Origin: Octopus bimaculoides
Lineage: Eukaryota
Length of the DNA stretch: 36,726 nucleotides
Assembly: GCF_001194135.2 (NCBI RefSeq)
Contig: NC_068998.1
Span: 31,150,429 to 31,187,154 of the forward strand
Direction: 5' to 3'
The translations under genes and the position numbers were made by a program. The notes under the pieces are model-generated. The model made no database searches and was not told the DNA's origin. It saw only the letters and a program-made list of their open reading frames with translations. Shown here piece after piece: positions 23,436 through 33,516 of this stretch. Within the stretch, counting starts at the first letter, position 1. The number at the start of each line of letters is the position of its first letter.

Positions 23436-23787
23436 GAATTTCCTAATTTTACTGCAGGTTTATAAAGAGATAACTACAATCATAGTCTCAAACTGATAGA
23501 TTATTCAATTAAAAATAAATAAATGTTGATATAATGGTTCATCAGTGAATATATGTATTCTTGATACTCAAATTTAAAGTTTATATTGATCTCTTTGATA
23601 TATTGATATAAAAGCCCTTTTAAAAATCTTCCCCAAATGGGTTTCAGATAGTAATAAGAATAATTAGTTACTTCATACTAAATATGTGGTGTATTTCTTG
23701 AAAGTTTTTGAAAGGTTTTCCAAAATCATGGTAGCATCTTGAACTAATTATGAGATTCCACTAGTTTGGGAAAACTTTTAAGATAGT

Positions 23788-23950
23788 TGTAGATGTGGTC
23801 ATGTGGTATGAAGTTTGTTTCCTAACCACGTAGTTCCAGGTTCAGTCCCTGTGCACGGCAACTTAGGCAAGTGTCTTCTCCTCTGGCCTTGGGCCAACCA
23901 AAGCCTTGTAAGTGAATTTGGTAGATGGAAACTGAAAGAAGTTGTCATAT
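23788..23950 (+). mobile_element. tRNA-derived SINE, 5' part
   Basis: Degenerate A/B boxes (TGTGGTCATGTGGT; GTTCCAGGTTCAGTCCC), then GGCAAGTGTCTTCT...CCAAAGCCTTGT...GGTAGATGGAAACTGAAAGAAG. Confidence 0.7.
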
Positions 23951-23954
23951 ATTC

Positions 23955-24310
23955 TTTATTTTCTTTTATTCTTTTATTTATTTTAGTCATTTTTACTGTG
24001 GCTATGCTGGAGCACTGCCTTGAAGGGTTTTAATTGAACAAACTGACCCCAGGACTTTTTAAAGCCTGGTACTTATTCTATCAGCCTCTTTTATGGAATT
24101 GCTAAGTTATGGAGATGTAAACACAAGCATCAGTTGTTAAGTTGTGTTGGCGGGCGGTGGGGGGGGGGACAATATAATCACATACACACACACACACACA
24201 CACATGTATATACATATATATGATGGGCTTCTTTCAGTTTCCATCTACCAAATTCATTCACAAGGCTTTGGTTTGCTCAAGGTGCTACACAGTGGGACTA
24301 AACCTGGTGT
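23955..24310 (-). mobile_element. Same SINE family, opposite orientation, with (CA)n spacer and 3' body
   Basis: CTTCTTTCAGTTTCCATCTACCAAATTCA at 24228-24256 is the reverse complement of the 23788-23950 core. The body matches 26400-26635 in reverse complement. Confidence 0.75.
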
Positions 24311-24559
24311 TGTAATAGTTATTGATAGTATTAGTATGACTATACTTGTTATGTTTACTACAGCCAGTTGAAAGTGAGGCTTTGGAATAAAAGCAAGGCT
24401 TCAAAATGGTATTTAAAATACAGCTGTCTGCTGACTGGTGAGGTTCATGACTAAAACTACTACTGACAGATACTGTACTTGCATTTTTAGAAGAGTAAAG
24501 CCTATTTACAGCCAATCTTTTCACCCTCCTGTATTAACAAAATTGAGAATTGCTACCCT

Positions 24560-24622
24560 ACTACACCCAGAACCATGTGGTTGAAAAGTAAGCTTCTTAC
24601 CACACAGCCATGCCTGTGCCTA
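24560..24622 (-). mobile_element. tRNA-derived SINE head fragment
   Basis: The reverse complement reads GGCACAGGCATGGCTGTGTGGTAAGAAGCTT...CAACCACATGGTTCTGGGT. Confidence 0.6.
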
Positions 24623-25099
24623 TGTGTCCAGTAACTACTTCCTTTCTTACCTTGGCTATCGCCAAGCACGCACACGAACATTCTTTGTCCCGTTTCCTTC
24701 CAGTGCGTTGCTTCACACCGTTCAGTATACACATATTTTTTCACGTCTGGCCATATAACCTTTTTTGTTTGTTTTCACTGTTTCGTTTTCCTGTCTTGTT
24801 TTCTGTCCGCCTCTACATTCCTCCATGGTAAAATTTAATTTGTGGTCTGTGGGAAGAGCCATTCTAACGATGCGTCCTGCCCTAACTCTTCGAAACGCTT
24901 AGTTTTAGAATGGTGGCAGCTGATGAAGAAAATGCTCTCTATGTGGCCTGTGTGTTTTCTGTACTCTGTTTATCATTTTGTCTACGTTTTGTTTGCAACG
25001 TCCTGTACCCAGATATGCATCTATATATATATATATATATGTAGATGTAAGTTTGTACATACATGTACGTATATATGCATATACTCATTTGTATATATA

Positions 25100-25458
25100 T
25101 CATCATCATCATCATCATCATCGTTTAACGTCCGCTTTCCATGCTAGCATGGGTTGGACGATTTGACTGAGGACTGGTGAAACCGGATGGCAACACCAGC
25201 CTCCAATCTGATTTGGCAGAGTTTCTACAGCTGGATGCCCTTCCTAACGCCAACCACTCAGAGAGTGAAGTGGGTGCTTTTACGTGTCACCCGCACGAAG
25301 GCCAGTCAGGCGGTACTGGCAACGGCCACGCTCAAAATGGTGTATTTTATGTGCCACCCGCACAAGAGCCAGTCCAGGGGCACTGGCAACGATCTCGCTC
25401 GAAAATCGTACGAAGGCCAGTCAGGCGGTACTGGCAACGACCACGCTCAAAGTGGTGT
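25100..25458 (-). mobile_element. RTE LINE 3' end running into an N gap
   Basis: Has a (CAT)n tail and is near-identical to 6440-6720. Confidence 0.9.
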
Positions 25459-26316
25459 ANNNNNNNNNNNNNNNNNNNNNNNNNNNNNNNNNNNNNNNNN
25501 NNNNNNNNNNNNNNNNNNNNNNNNNNNNNNNNNNNNNNNNNNNNNNNNNNNNNNNNNNNNNNNNNNNNNNNNNNNNNNNNNNNNNNNNNNNNNNNNNNNN
25601 NNNNNNNNNNNNNNNNNNNNNNNNNNNNNNNNNNNNNNNNNNNNNNNNNNNNNNNNNNNNNNNNNNNNNNNNNNNNNNNNNNNNNNNNNNNNNNNNNNNN
25701 NNNNNNNNNNNNNNNNNNNNNNNNNNNNNNNNNNNNNNNNNNNNNNNNNNNNNNNNNNNNNNNNNNNNNNNNNNNNNNNNNNNNNNNNNNNNNNNNNNNN
25801 NNNNNNNNNNNNNNNNNNNNNNNNNNNNNNNNNNNNNNNNNNNNNNNNNNNNNNNNNNNNNNNNNNNNNNNNNNNNNNNNNNNNNNNNNNNNNNNNNNNN
25901 NNNNNNNNNNNNNNNNNNNNNNNNNNNNNNNNNNNNNNNNNNNNNNNNNNNNNNNNNNNNNNNNNNNNNNNNNNNNNNNNNNNNNNNNNNNNNNNNNNNN
26001 NNNNNNNNNNNNNNNNNNNNNNNNNNNNNNNNNNNNNNNNNNNNNNNNNNNNNNNNNNNNNNNNNNNNNNNNNNNNNNNNNNNNNNNNNNNNNNNNNNNN
26101 NNNNNNNNNNNNNNNNNNNNNNNNNNNNNNNNNNNNNNNNNNNNNNNNNNNNNNNNNNNNNNNNNNNNNNNNNNNNNNNNNNNNNNNNNNNNNNNNNNNN
26201 NNNNNNNNNNNNNNNNNNNNNNNNNNNNNNNNNNNNNNNNNNNNNNNNNNNNNNNNNNNNNNNNNNNNNNNNNNNNNNNNNNNNNNNNNNNNNNNNNNNN
26301 NNNNNNNNNNNNNNNN

Positions 26317-26317
<1 letters not shown>

Positions 26318-26362
<45 letters not shown>

Positions 26363-26395
26363 CATACACACACACACACACATGTATGTATGTGT
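26318..26395. repeat. (TA)n(CA)n microsatellite at gap edge
   Basis: Read directly. Confidence 0.95.
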
Positions 26396-26635
26396 GTATA
26401 TATATCTGTGTTTATGTCTGTGCTTGTCCCCTACCACTGCTTGACATCTGGTGTTGGTGTATTTACGTCCCCATAACTTAGCGGTTTTAGAATAGTGACT
26501 GATAGAATAAATACTAAACTTTTAAAAAATAATAATAAGTCCTGGATTTGATTTGTTCAACTTAAAACCCTTCAAGGTGGTGCCCCAGCATGGCTGCAGT
26601 TAAATGACTGAAGCAAGTAAAAGATGAAAGATAGA
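26396..26635 (+). mobile_element. SINE 3' body
   Basis: TTACGTCCCCATAACTTAGCGG...CCCTTCAAGGTGGTGCCCCAGCATGGCTGCAG...GTAAAAGATGAAAG is the reverse complement of 23960-24170. Confidence 0.75.
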
Positions 26636-26639
26636 AGAA

Positions 26640-28120
26640 ATACAATATACTCAAACCTTACAGAATGGATATATGACTGCATAACTGTTGAATAGATCAA
26701 GAAAATTAAAGACAAGCCCAAATGCAAATTCATCCAGTTCGACATTGTTTTACCCCTTGATTTTCAAAACTCTCTTCTGAAAGGTATTCAGTTTAGTAAA
26801 GCTTATACAACCATCCCTAACATTGATATAGCCTTTATAATGAATGCAAGGAAATTATTGCTTTTTCATATCCATTGAGTGAAAAAGAATGGAAACGAAC
26901 TATTTGATGTAGCTCTGGGGAGCCATGATGGAGCAGAAGTAGCAGATTTAGTTGGTTTCTACATCCTACATATCCTGAAAAAGAAGATGCCAGCATAAGA
27001 TTATATAAGGACAATGGTCTAGGAATAGTTCATAATAAAAATGGCCTATGATATGGATAAGATAAGAAAGAGATTATGCAAAATATATAGTCAACTCAAC
27101 CTAAAAACTACAATCAGCATGAATCTTAAATAATTTAATTTCCTGGGCATTAATATGAATCTTTGTACAGGCAAATTTAAAAGTTTGCATTGACTAAATG
27201 AGGACATCTCCTATATAGACAGTGGCTCTAACCATCTTTTGTCAATAATTGAACAATTAGTTAATAGCATTGGAAATCATGTTGAAGTAACTTTCAAAAA
27301 AGCAGCCCCATATGATAACACTGCATTAGAAGGATTCAATCTTAAGAACATTATAACCTATATTACACCAAGTGTAGATAGGTCAAAAGAACATAGACAT
27401 AGGAAAATATTTATTTTTTACGTTATTTACATTTGATGGATATTTGTCCTCATCTTATTTCTTGTTAATGTTTTGGCTGATATACCCTCCAGCCTTCATC
27501 AAGTGTCTTGGGGAAATTTCAAACCTGGGTTCCCATTCCTAAGGTATTTTTTGATGTTATTATTATTCAGGGTTAGGGTTAGGGTTAGGTAATAATAACA
27601 TCAAAAAATACCTAAGGAATGGGAACCCAGGTTTGAAATTTCCCCAAGACACTTGATGAAGGCTGGAGGGTATATCAGCCAAAACTTTGCGTTAACAACA
27701 AACAAGATGAGGACAAATATCCGTCAAATGTAAATAATGTACATAATTCCTCATCTCTTAAATATAGAACTGTAGGAAAATATTATAGTATAATTCTCCA
27801 TACAGCATGAATGTGACTACAAATATAGCTAGACAATTTCTGAAACTTACACACACCCACTTACTGCACTCACATAAATATCATAATCTTTAAAAGAAAT
27901 ACACTTAAAGTTAGCTATAGTTGCCTTCTCCAACATAAGATTGCAATAAGAATAATAATATTAGAAACACCCCCTCAGATCTTGTAATTGTAGATACCTC
28001 AATAACTCCCCTGAATAGTATGTTCCTAGCAAAAGAACTGGTGTGCAAGACCAACATCACTAACATGGATGGAACAATAAAAACTTATATTAGAATGACT
28101 GGAAATACCTTCAAGGAGAG
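26640..28120 (+). mobile_element. Penelope-like element (RT, linker and GIY-YIG remnant) interrupted at 27412-27772
   Basis: Encodes AKFIQFDIV, VKKNGNELFDVALGSHDGAEVADLVGFYIL and YKDNGL. After removing the insert it reads HRHRKIL*YNSPYSMNVTTNIARQFLKL, then RNTLKVSYSC, then TYIRMTGNTFKERY. Confidence 0.85.
27412..27772. mobile_element. Non-autonomous hairpin insertion: inverted arms 27423-27565 and 27590-27737, TTAGGG loop, 12-bp TSD
   Basis: TAGGAAAATATT occurs at 27400-27411 and 27773-27784. The arms are reverse complements of each other. The loop is TTCAGGGTTAGGGTTAGGGTTAGG. Confidence 0.9.
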
Positions 28121-28299
28121 ATACATGCAACACCTTTATCCGATATGGTATGGACCTTTGAAGAGTGAGGTGTGTATGTGTGTGTATGGATAACCCCTGT
28201 ATAAATTAGAGCAACATAGATAAAGCCAACAAATATCTTAGATACTCTGTTTGATAGAGTGGTAAAGGCTAAGAGAGGCTTAGAAAAGCTGGAATGAAG

Positions 28300-29620
28300 G
28301 TTGTAGTAGGGAGCATTATCAAACGGTTGGAAGGGCAGATAGGTGGAGCAGAAAAAAGAAGATTTGCACATGTTCTGCAAAGTGAGAATCAGAGGTGTGA
28401 AATGTTTTGGATTGATAATACCCTGGAAGGGTACCAAAGAGGCAATCTTCTTTGTGTGGTAATTGCAATACATGGCTAAAAGTAAACCACTAATCTTTAT
28501 ATTTATTGACTTGAAGACATTTGGTAGGTTACTCTAGTCAGTAATATGGTAATCACTATGAAAACTAGGCATAAACAAATGGTTTGTATGAGTAGTATAC
28601 AACGCTGTATACAAAGATACAGGAAATAAAATGTGAGTTAACAATGATTTCAGTAATGAATTTAGCATGATGGTAGGAATTTATCAAAGTTTAGCCCTCA
28701 GCCTCCTGTTCATCATACTCCTGCAAGTCATTGCAGAGGAGTTTAAGACTGGCTGCCTATGGAAACTCCTTTTTGCTAATGATCTAGTTCTCATAGCTGA
28801 ATTTATAAGGGAATTAGAGAGGAAATTCCAGGCAAGGAAGCTAAACCTAAAATCAAGAGGTCTCAAGGTAAATTTAGCAGAGATTAAAATTTTAGTAGAG
28901 CTGGAAAGTTGACAGGGCCCTGATATCTACAAGGAAATGACCTTGCTCAATATGCAAGAAAGGAGTATGTGTAAACTCCATACTCTGTACCTAATCTAAG
29001 CTATGGTGTAGAGGAATCACAGGCAGACTAACAGAGAAATTAACCTTTGTATGATGAAGATGCATTGGAGTAATATATACTATGAGCACTCCTGAAACAG
29101 ATTCTCTTAAATGTCCAAACAACTCATTAATCAATAGCTTTTGTTATCTAGGAAACATAATTAACAGGGGAGGTGGTTGCTCTGAATGTATAGTAGCCAG
29201 GGTAAGAATAGGTTTGTTCAAGAAGCTGATATGCTTGCTGGCAATAACAAAGGTCTTTTTCCCTCAGATTGTATGTCATTTGTGTTAGAATGATAATGCT
29301 GCATAATTGTAAGACATGACCCTTGAATGTAGTAGACTTGGGAAAACTGGAAAGAAATGAAGCTAACACACTCCATTGGTGTGCAATATAAACCTTCATG
29401 ATCAACAAAGTACAAATGATGTTGAAACTCTGCTGGTGTAGGTATGTGATGCATATGGATGAAGACAGCTATATTAAAAAAAGTGCCAGTCAATGTCATA
29501 GAGCATATGAAAGAAGGAGATCCAGAAGACATGGAATGAAGTGAAGACTGATCTCAGGATTTGGATCATCATGGAAGAGATGAGAAAGGACTAGGATAAC
29601 GGCCAAGGGGATAGGCTTTC
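28300..29620 (+). mobile_element. Old RTE LINE fragment (RT region with internal deletions)
   Basis: Encodes EEFKTGCLWKLLFANDLVLIAE...RGLKVNLAEIKIL, SFCYLGNII and IVARVRIG, with many disruptions. Confidence 0.8.
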
Positions 29621-29937
29621 TCAAGCACAGCAAATCAGATATATATTGTATTGAGTCAAAAGTCTTGCAATATTTTGATGACTTGCTTTATTTGTCAAGT
29701 TACAACAAAAACAGCCTAGCATTCAAAGTAGAGGCCATTGTGTTGCACTGCTAGAAGCCACCTTTTATGCCAATTTTTTTTTCCCGTGCTCACACATGTG
29801 CACACACAGACACACACACACTCTCTCTCTCTCTCTCACTCACTCACTCAGTTGTGGTTTAATTACTGTGAGTAATATGTATATAATATTTTCTTGTTCT
29901 TAATCTCTTTTTTCCCTCTGTTTTCCCTCTTTTACAG

Positions 29938-30058
29938 ACCTCCATTTCGCAGGTACTTGTTAAATGGAGATTTCTTTGCTGGGGCTGCCCTGGCGACCAA
30001 TCTCACTAAGTTAGCCCTTCGCTATATCAAACTGACTGACTCTAAGAAGAAGCAGAAT
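29938..30058 (+). CDS. COPB1: Coatomer subunit beta, internal coding exon B ([41 protein letters not shown])
   Basis: Acceptor TTTTCCCTCTTTTACAG and donor AAT|GTGAGT. Length 121 nt (1+40 codons). Closely resembles recalled vertebrate COPB1 [30 protein letters not shown]...KKKQN. Confidence 0.95.
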
Positions 30059-30964
30059 GTGAGTATTATTTGCATTTGTATAAAAGTTAAGCTGCATAAC
30101 TTATATAACTGTTAGAATAGAGGGATAATACATATAGATTGTGAATATATGTATATAAAAGTTATATTACTACTGAAAAAGTTGACTTTATCAGCATGTA
30201 CATTGTCTCACTTAAGCCTAGAGTCATTACACTAGATTATGTCTTGGTTTCCATGACATTTAAGTAATTGAGAGTATAAGACTCCCACTTACTCCATCAC
30301 AGGGTTAATAACCAGCTGCCCTCTAGCACTCATCCAACTAAGTGTACTGTAGCAATGTGAAATGGCACATGCTTCCCACGTACTGTCACAGCTCATTTAT
30401 AGATCTTGAAATTCTCTGTGCTTTAATAATATTGTCTGTGCTTTTAAGTGGTAGTTTCTAAACAAAAGTGCCTACATATACACAGTGAAATTATTTTTTT
30501 GTAGCTTTTGCACATCAGAAAAGCTATCACTCTTCATAAATCATACAAATTTACTTGCCACACTAAAATTTCTTCATACCTTCAGGTGTAAGGTATGTAC
30601 CAAGAGCACAAGAGACAAATCAGTATTGGTAACTTAAGATGCTATTAAATTAATGATACATAAATTAGTAACCTCTTTTTTTTTATAAATATATTTAACA
30701 AATAAAAGTTTGTAGCTACATATTGATGCTTACATTTCAGTTAGAACTCATTGATGCAATTTTCACCATGCTTGCTTGAATACACACACTAAATAGTTGA
30801 AATAAATGTAATGTAGACACAGGCATACATACATTAGACAATTCACATTAACAAACAAGAATACAAACATAAACATATATGTTGAGATGCTGGAATACAA
30901 GTTGAAATATAACTTATATGTGTGTAGTTAATAGCTTCAGATACAAAAGGGGGACCTAACAAAT

Positions 30965-31710
30965 CATCCTCATCATCACCATCATTTAGGATCCGTTTTC
31001 CATGCTGCCATGGGTTAGACAGTTTAACCGGAACTGGTAAGCCAAGTCTGATTTTGGCTTGGTTTCTACAACTGGATGCCCTTCCTAACACCAACCATTC
31101 CAAGAATGTAGTGGGTGCCTTTAATGTGTCACTGGCATGGGTACTTTTACATGTCACCTGCATGGGTGCTTTATGTGTCATTGGCACCGGCCATGACTAC
31201 AATTTTGCTTAGCTTGACAAGTCTTCTGAAGCACAACAAATTGCCAAAGGTCACCAATACTTGTCATCACCTCCATGAGACCCAACATTCGAAGATCATG
31301 CTTCACCACCTCGTCCCATGTCTTCCTGGGTTTACCTCTACAGTTCCTCCCACAGTTAGACATTGGCACTTTATACAGCTGTCCTTGTCCATACACATCG
31401 CATGACCATACTTACACAAATGCCTCTCTTGCACACCACATTTGATGCCTCTTGTGCCCAGTTTTTCTCTCAAAATTCTTACACACTGTTGTACATGCAC
31501 ACTGACATTGCACATCCAGTGAGGTACACTAGCTACATTTCTTTCGAGCCTTTGCATGTCCTCTGCAGTCACAGCCCATGTTTCACTGTGTAACATGGCT
31601 ACTTGCACACAGGCATCATACAGTCTGCCTTTCACTCTGACGGAGAGGCCTTTTGTTACCTACAAATGTAGAAGCTCTCTTGATTTGCCCAGAGGAAGAC
31701 AATCCAGCAT
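30965..31710 (-). mobile_element. RTE LINE 3' part
   Basis: The - strand encodes MKGRLYDACVQVAMLHSETWAVTAEDMQRLERN and RGKPRKTWDEVVKHDL. A (CAT)-type tail lies at about 30965-30985. Confidence 0.85.
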
Positions 31711-32764
31711 ACAAGTATAAACACAAGTACATAAATATTGGAACACACACATGTATGTATATGTAGGTATGTACATATATGTTCATGCACGCACACACAC
31801 ACACACGGGCATATTTTGCAGCAGCCAGATGGCTTATATGGGATGCATGGGGGCTATGGATTTGGTTCCCATACTGGGGAGGGAAGTAGGCTACTGGAGT
31901 TCTGTGATGCAAATGAGCTTATAATCCATAACACTAACTTCAGAAAACCAGTCAGTCAATTGTTCACCTATCAATCTGGTGGCCACACAAGTCAGATTGA
32001 CTACATTCTCATTAGAAAGCAGGAAAAGTGGTTGCTTTCAAATGCAAAGACCAGGTGAAGAGTGCACTCTTTAACATAGGTTAGTCATTAGTGGCTTCAG
32101 ACTTTGGGATTCTGAGAGGCAAACCAGTTTGATATCTTAAGGATCCTCTGAATTGACAGAGATTTAGAGACATACTGATTGAAGTATTTGAGGAGGAGGA
32201 GAAGGAGATAGTGACATATGATATTGAAGACAACTGGAAGTTCCTATGGGACAATTTAATGAGGGCCACTGACCAAATTTGTGATGTGGTGGTGGAACTG
32301 TGTAGTAGACAGTGCCATTAGAGCAAAGACACAGGACTGGAAGGGTGGTAGTAGCAGAGAACTGTATCAGGTAGCTAGAAGGGAATCTAGGCAACAGGTA
32401 TATTTAGCTAGTAAAGAAACAGAATTGTAGAAGTTTGCCAATGTATGAAGACCAGAGGCTTGAGGTGTTTTGAATTGCAAGACAGTGTGTCAGAGAAAAT
32501 TATGATGTTATAGGAGAGAAGTGCATTTGCATTGTTGATGATTCACTTGCAGTTAGTGATTCTACAAACAAAGAGGCTTGGAAGTACCACAATGAAAGGC
32601 TGCCAAACATAGAGAATACATGGGAGAAGGAGAGCCTGCCTAATGTGGAGCCAACAGAGGGCTGACTATCTGAATTAACAATATTTTTATTAGATAAAAG
32701 CAATTAAAGATTTGAAGAAAGAGAAAGTTCCTGGCCCATCAGGAATCACCATTGATATGCTTAA

Positions 32765-32986
32765 CCCTTTCATTACCGTATTTATTTTGAGATGTTCTGT
32801 GTTTCTTTCAGTTAATTTTAAATATAACAAAGAATTTAGTAAAATAACTTAGTTATCATTAAGCTAATGTTAGGAACATAAATTGTGACTAAGGTTTGGT
32901 GGAAGATTTTAATTTAAAACTTATGAAAACAAGACTTTTGTACTACAGAGCCAAAGGTAGTTTCAGTCAGGTTGGTATCGAAAGGG
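32765..32986. mobile_element. piggyBac-type MITE (222 bp)
   Basis: TTAA duplicated at 32761-32764 and 32987-32990. 13-bp TIRs CCCTTTCATTACC / GGTATCGAAAGGG (2 mismatches). Excision restores the RTE peptide MLKISG seen at about 2668. Confidence 0.88.
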
Positions 32987-33104
32987 TTAAAATATCTGGT
33001 AGAGTGTATAGTTAATCAGGTTATCCATGAAGGAGTCACACCCAATAACTGATGTAGCAGCAGTATAGTCAGCTACTACAAAGGTAAAGATGATGCATTG
33101 CACC

Positions 33105-33516
33105 TGAATAGTGGAGTTTCCACTTTCAATTCAAATCTACAGCCCCAGATCCACAGAATCATGTAGAGGAGACAATGACTATATCTAGCTGGATGTGTTT
33201 CACCTGCTCCTCTAGTACTTGCTCTTCACCTGTAAGGGTCATGGCATTCTAATTCCTAATCATTAATAGATGTTCCCTCCTAGCCCTACTTCCTGGTCCC
33301 AGGATATGCATCCTTTGTGCTCCCACCCAATGCCTCTCTAAGCAAGTTGCAGGCTTATTGCTTGTTATATTGGTATTGGGTAGAGACTGCAATATATTTT
33401 TTGAATGAGCCCCTCTACCTAAGATCTGAACTCATCCCTTGTTAACCCTGCACAACAGATGATGTAGTATGGTTGTTCTTTTGAACCCCTTTCATATTAG
33501 TTTTTACTGGTCTTAT
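33105..33516 (-). mobile_element. Inverted LINE fragment with the N-terminus of an apurinic endonuclease, nested in the RTE
   Basis: The - strand reads RN*NAMTLTGEEQVLEEQVKHIQLDIV...GSGAVDLN*KWKLHYS (compare GTWNVxSLTGKE.EL.EE...LDIV...W.LFYSG). Flanked by TTGCACC at 33098-33104 and 33517-33523. Confidence 0.55.
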
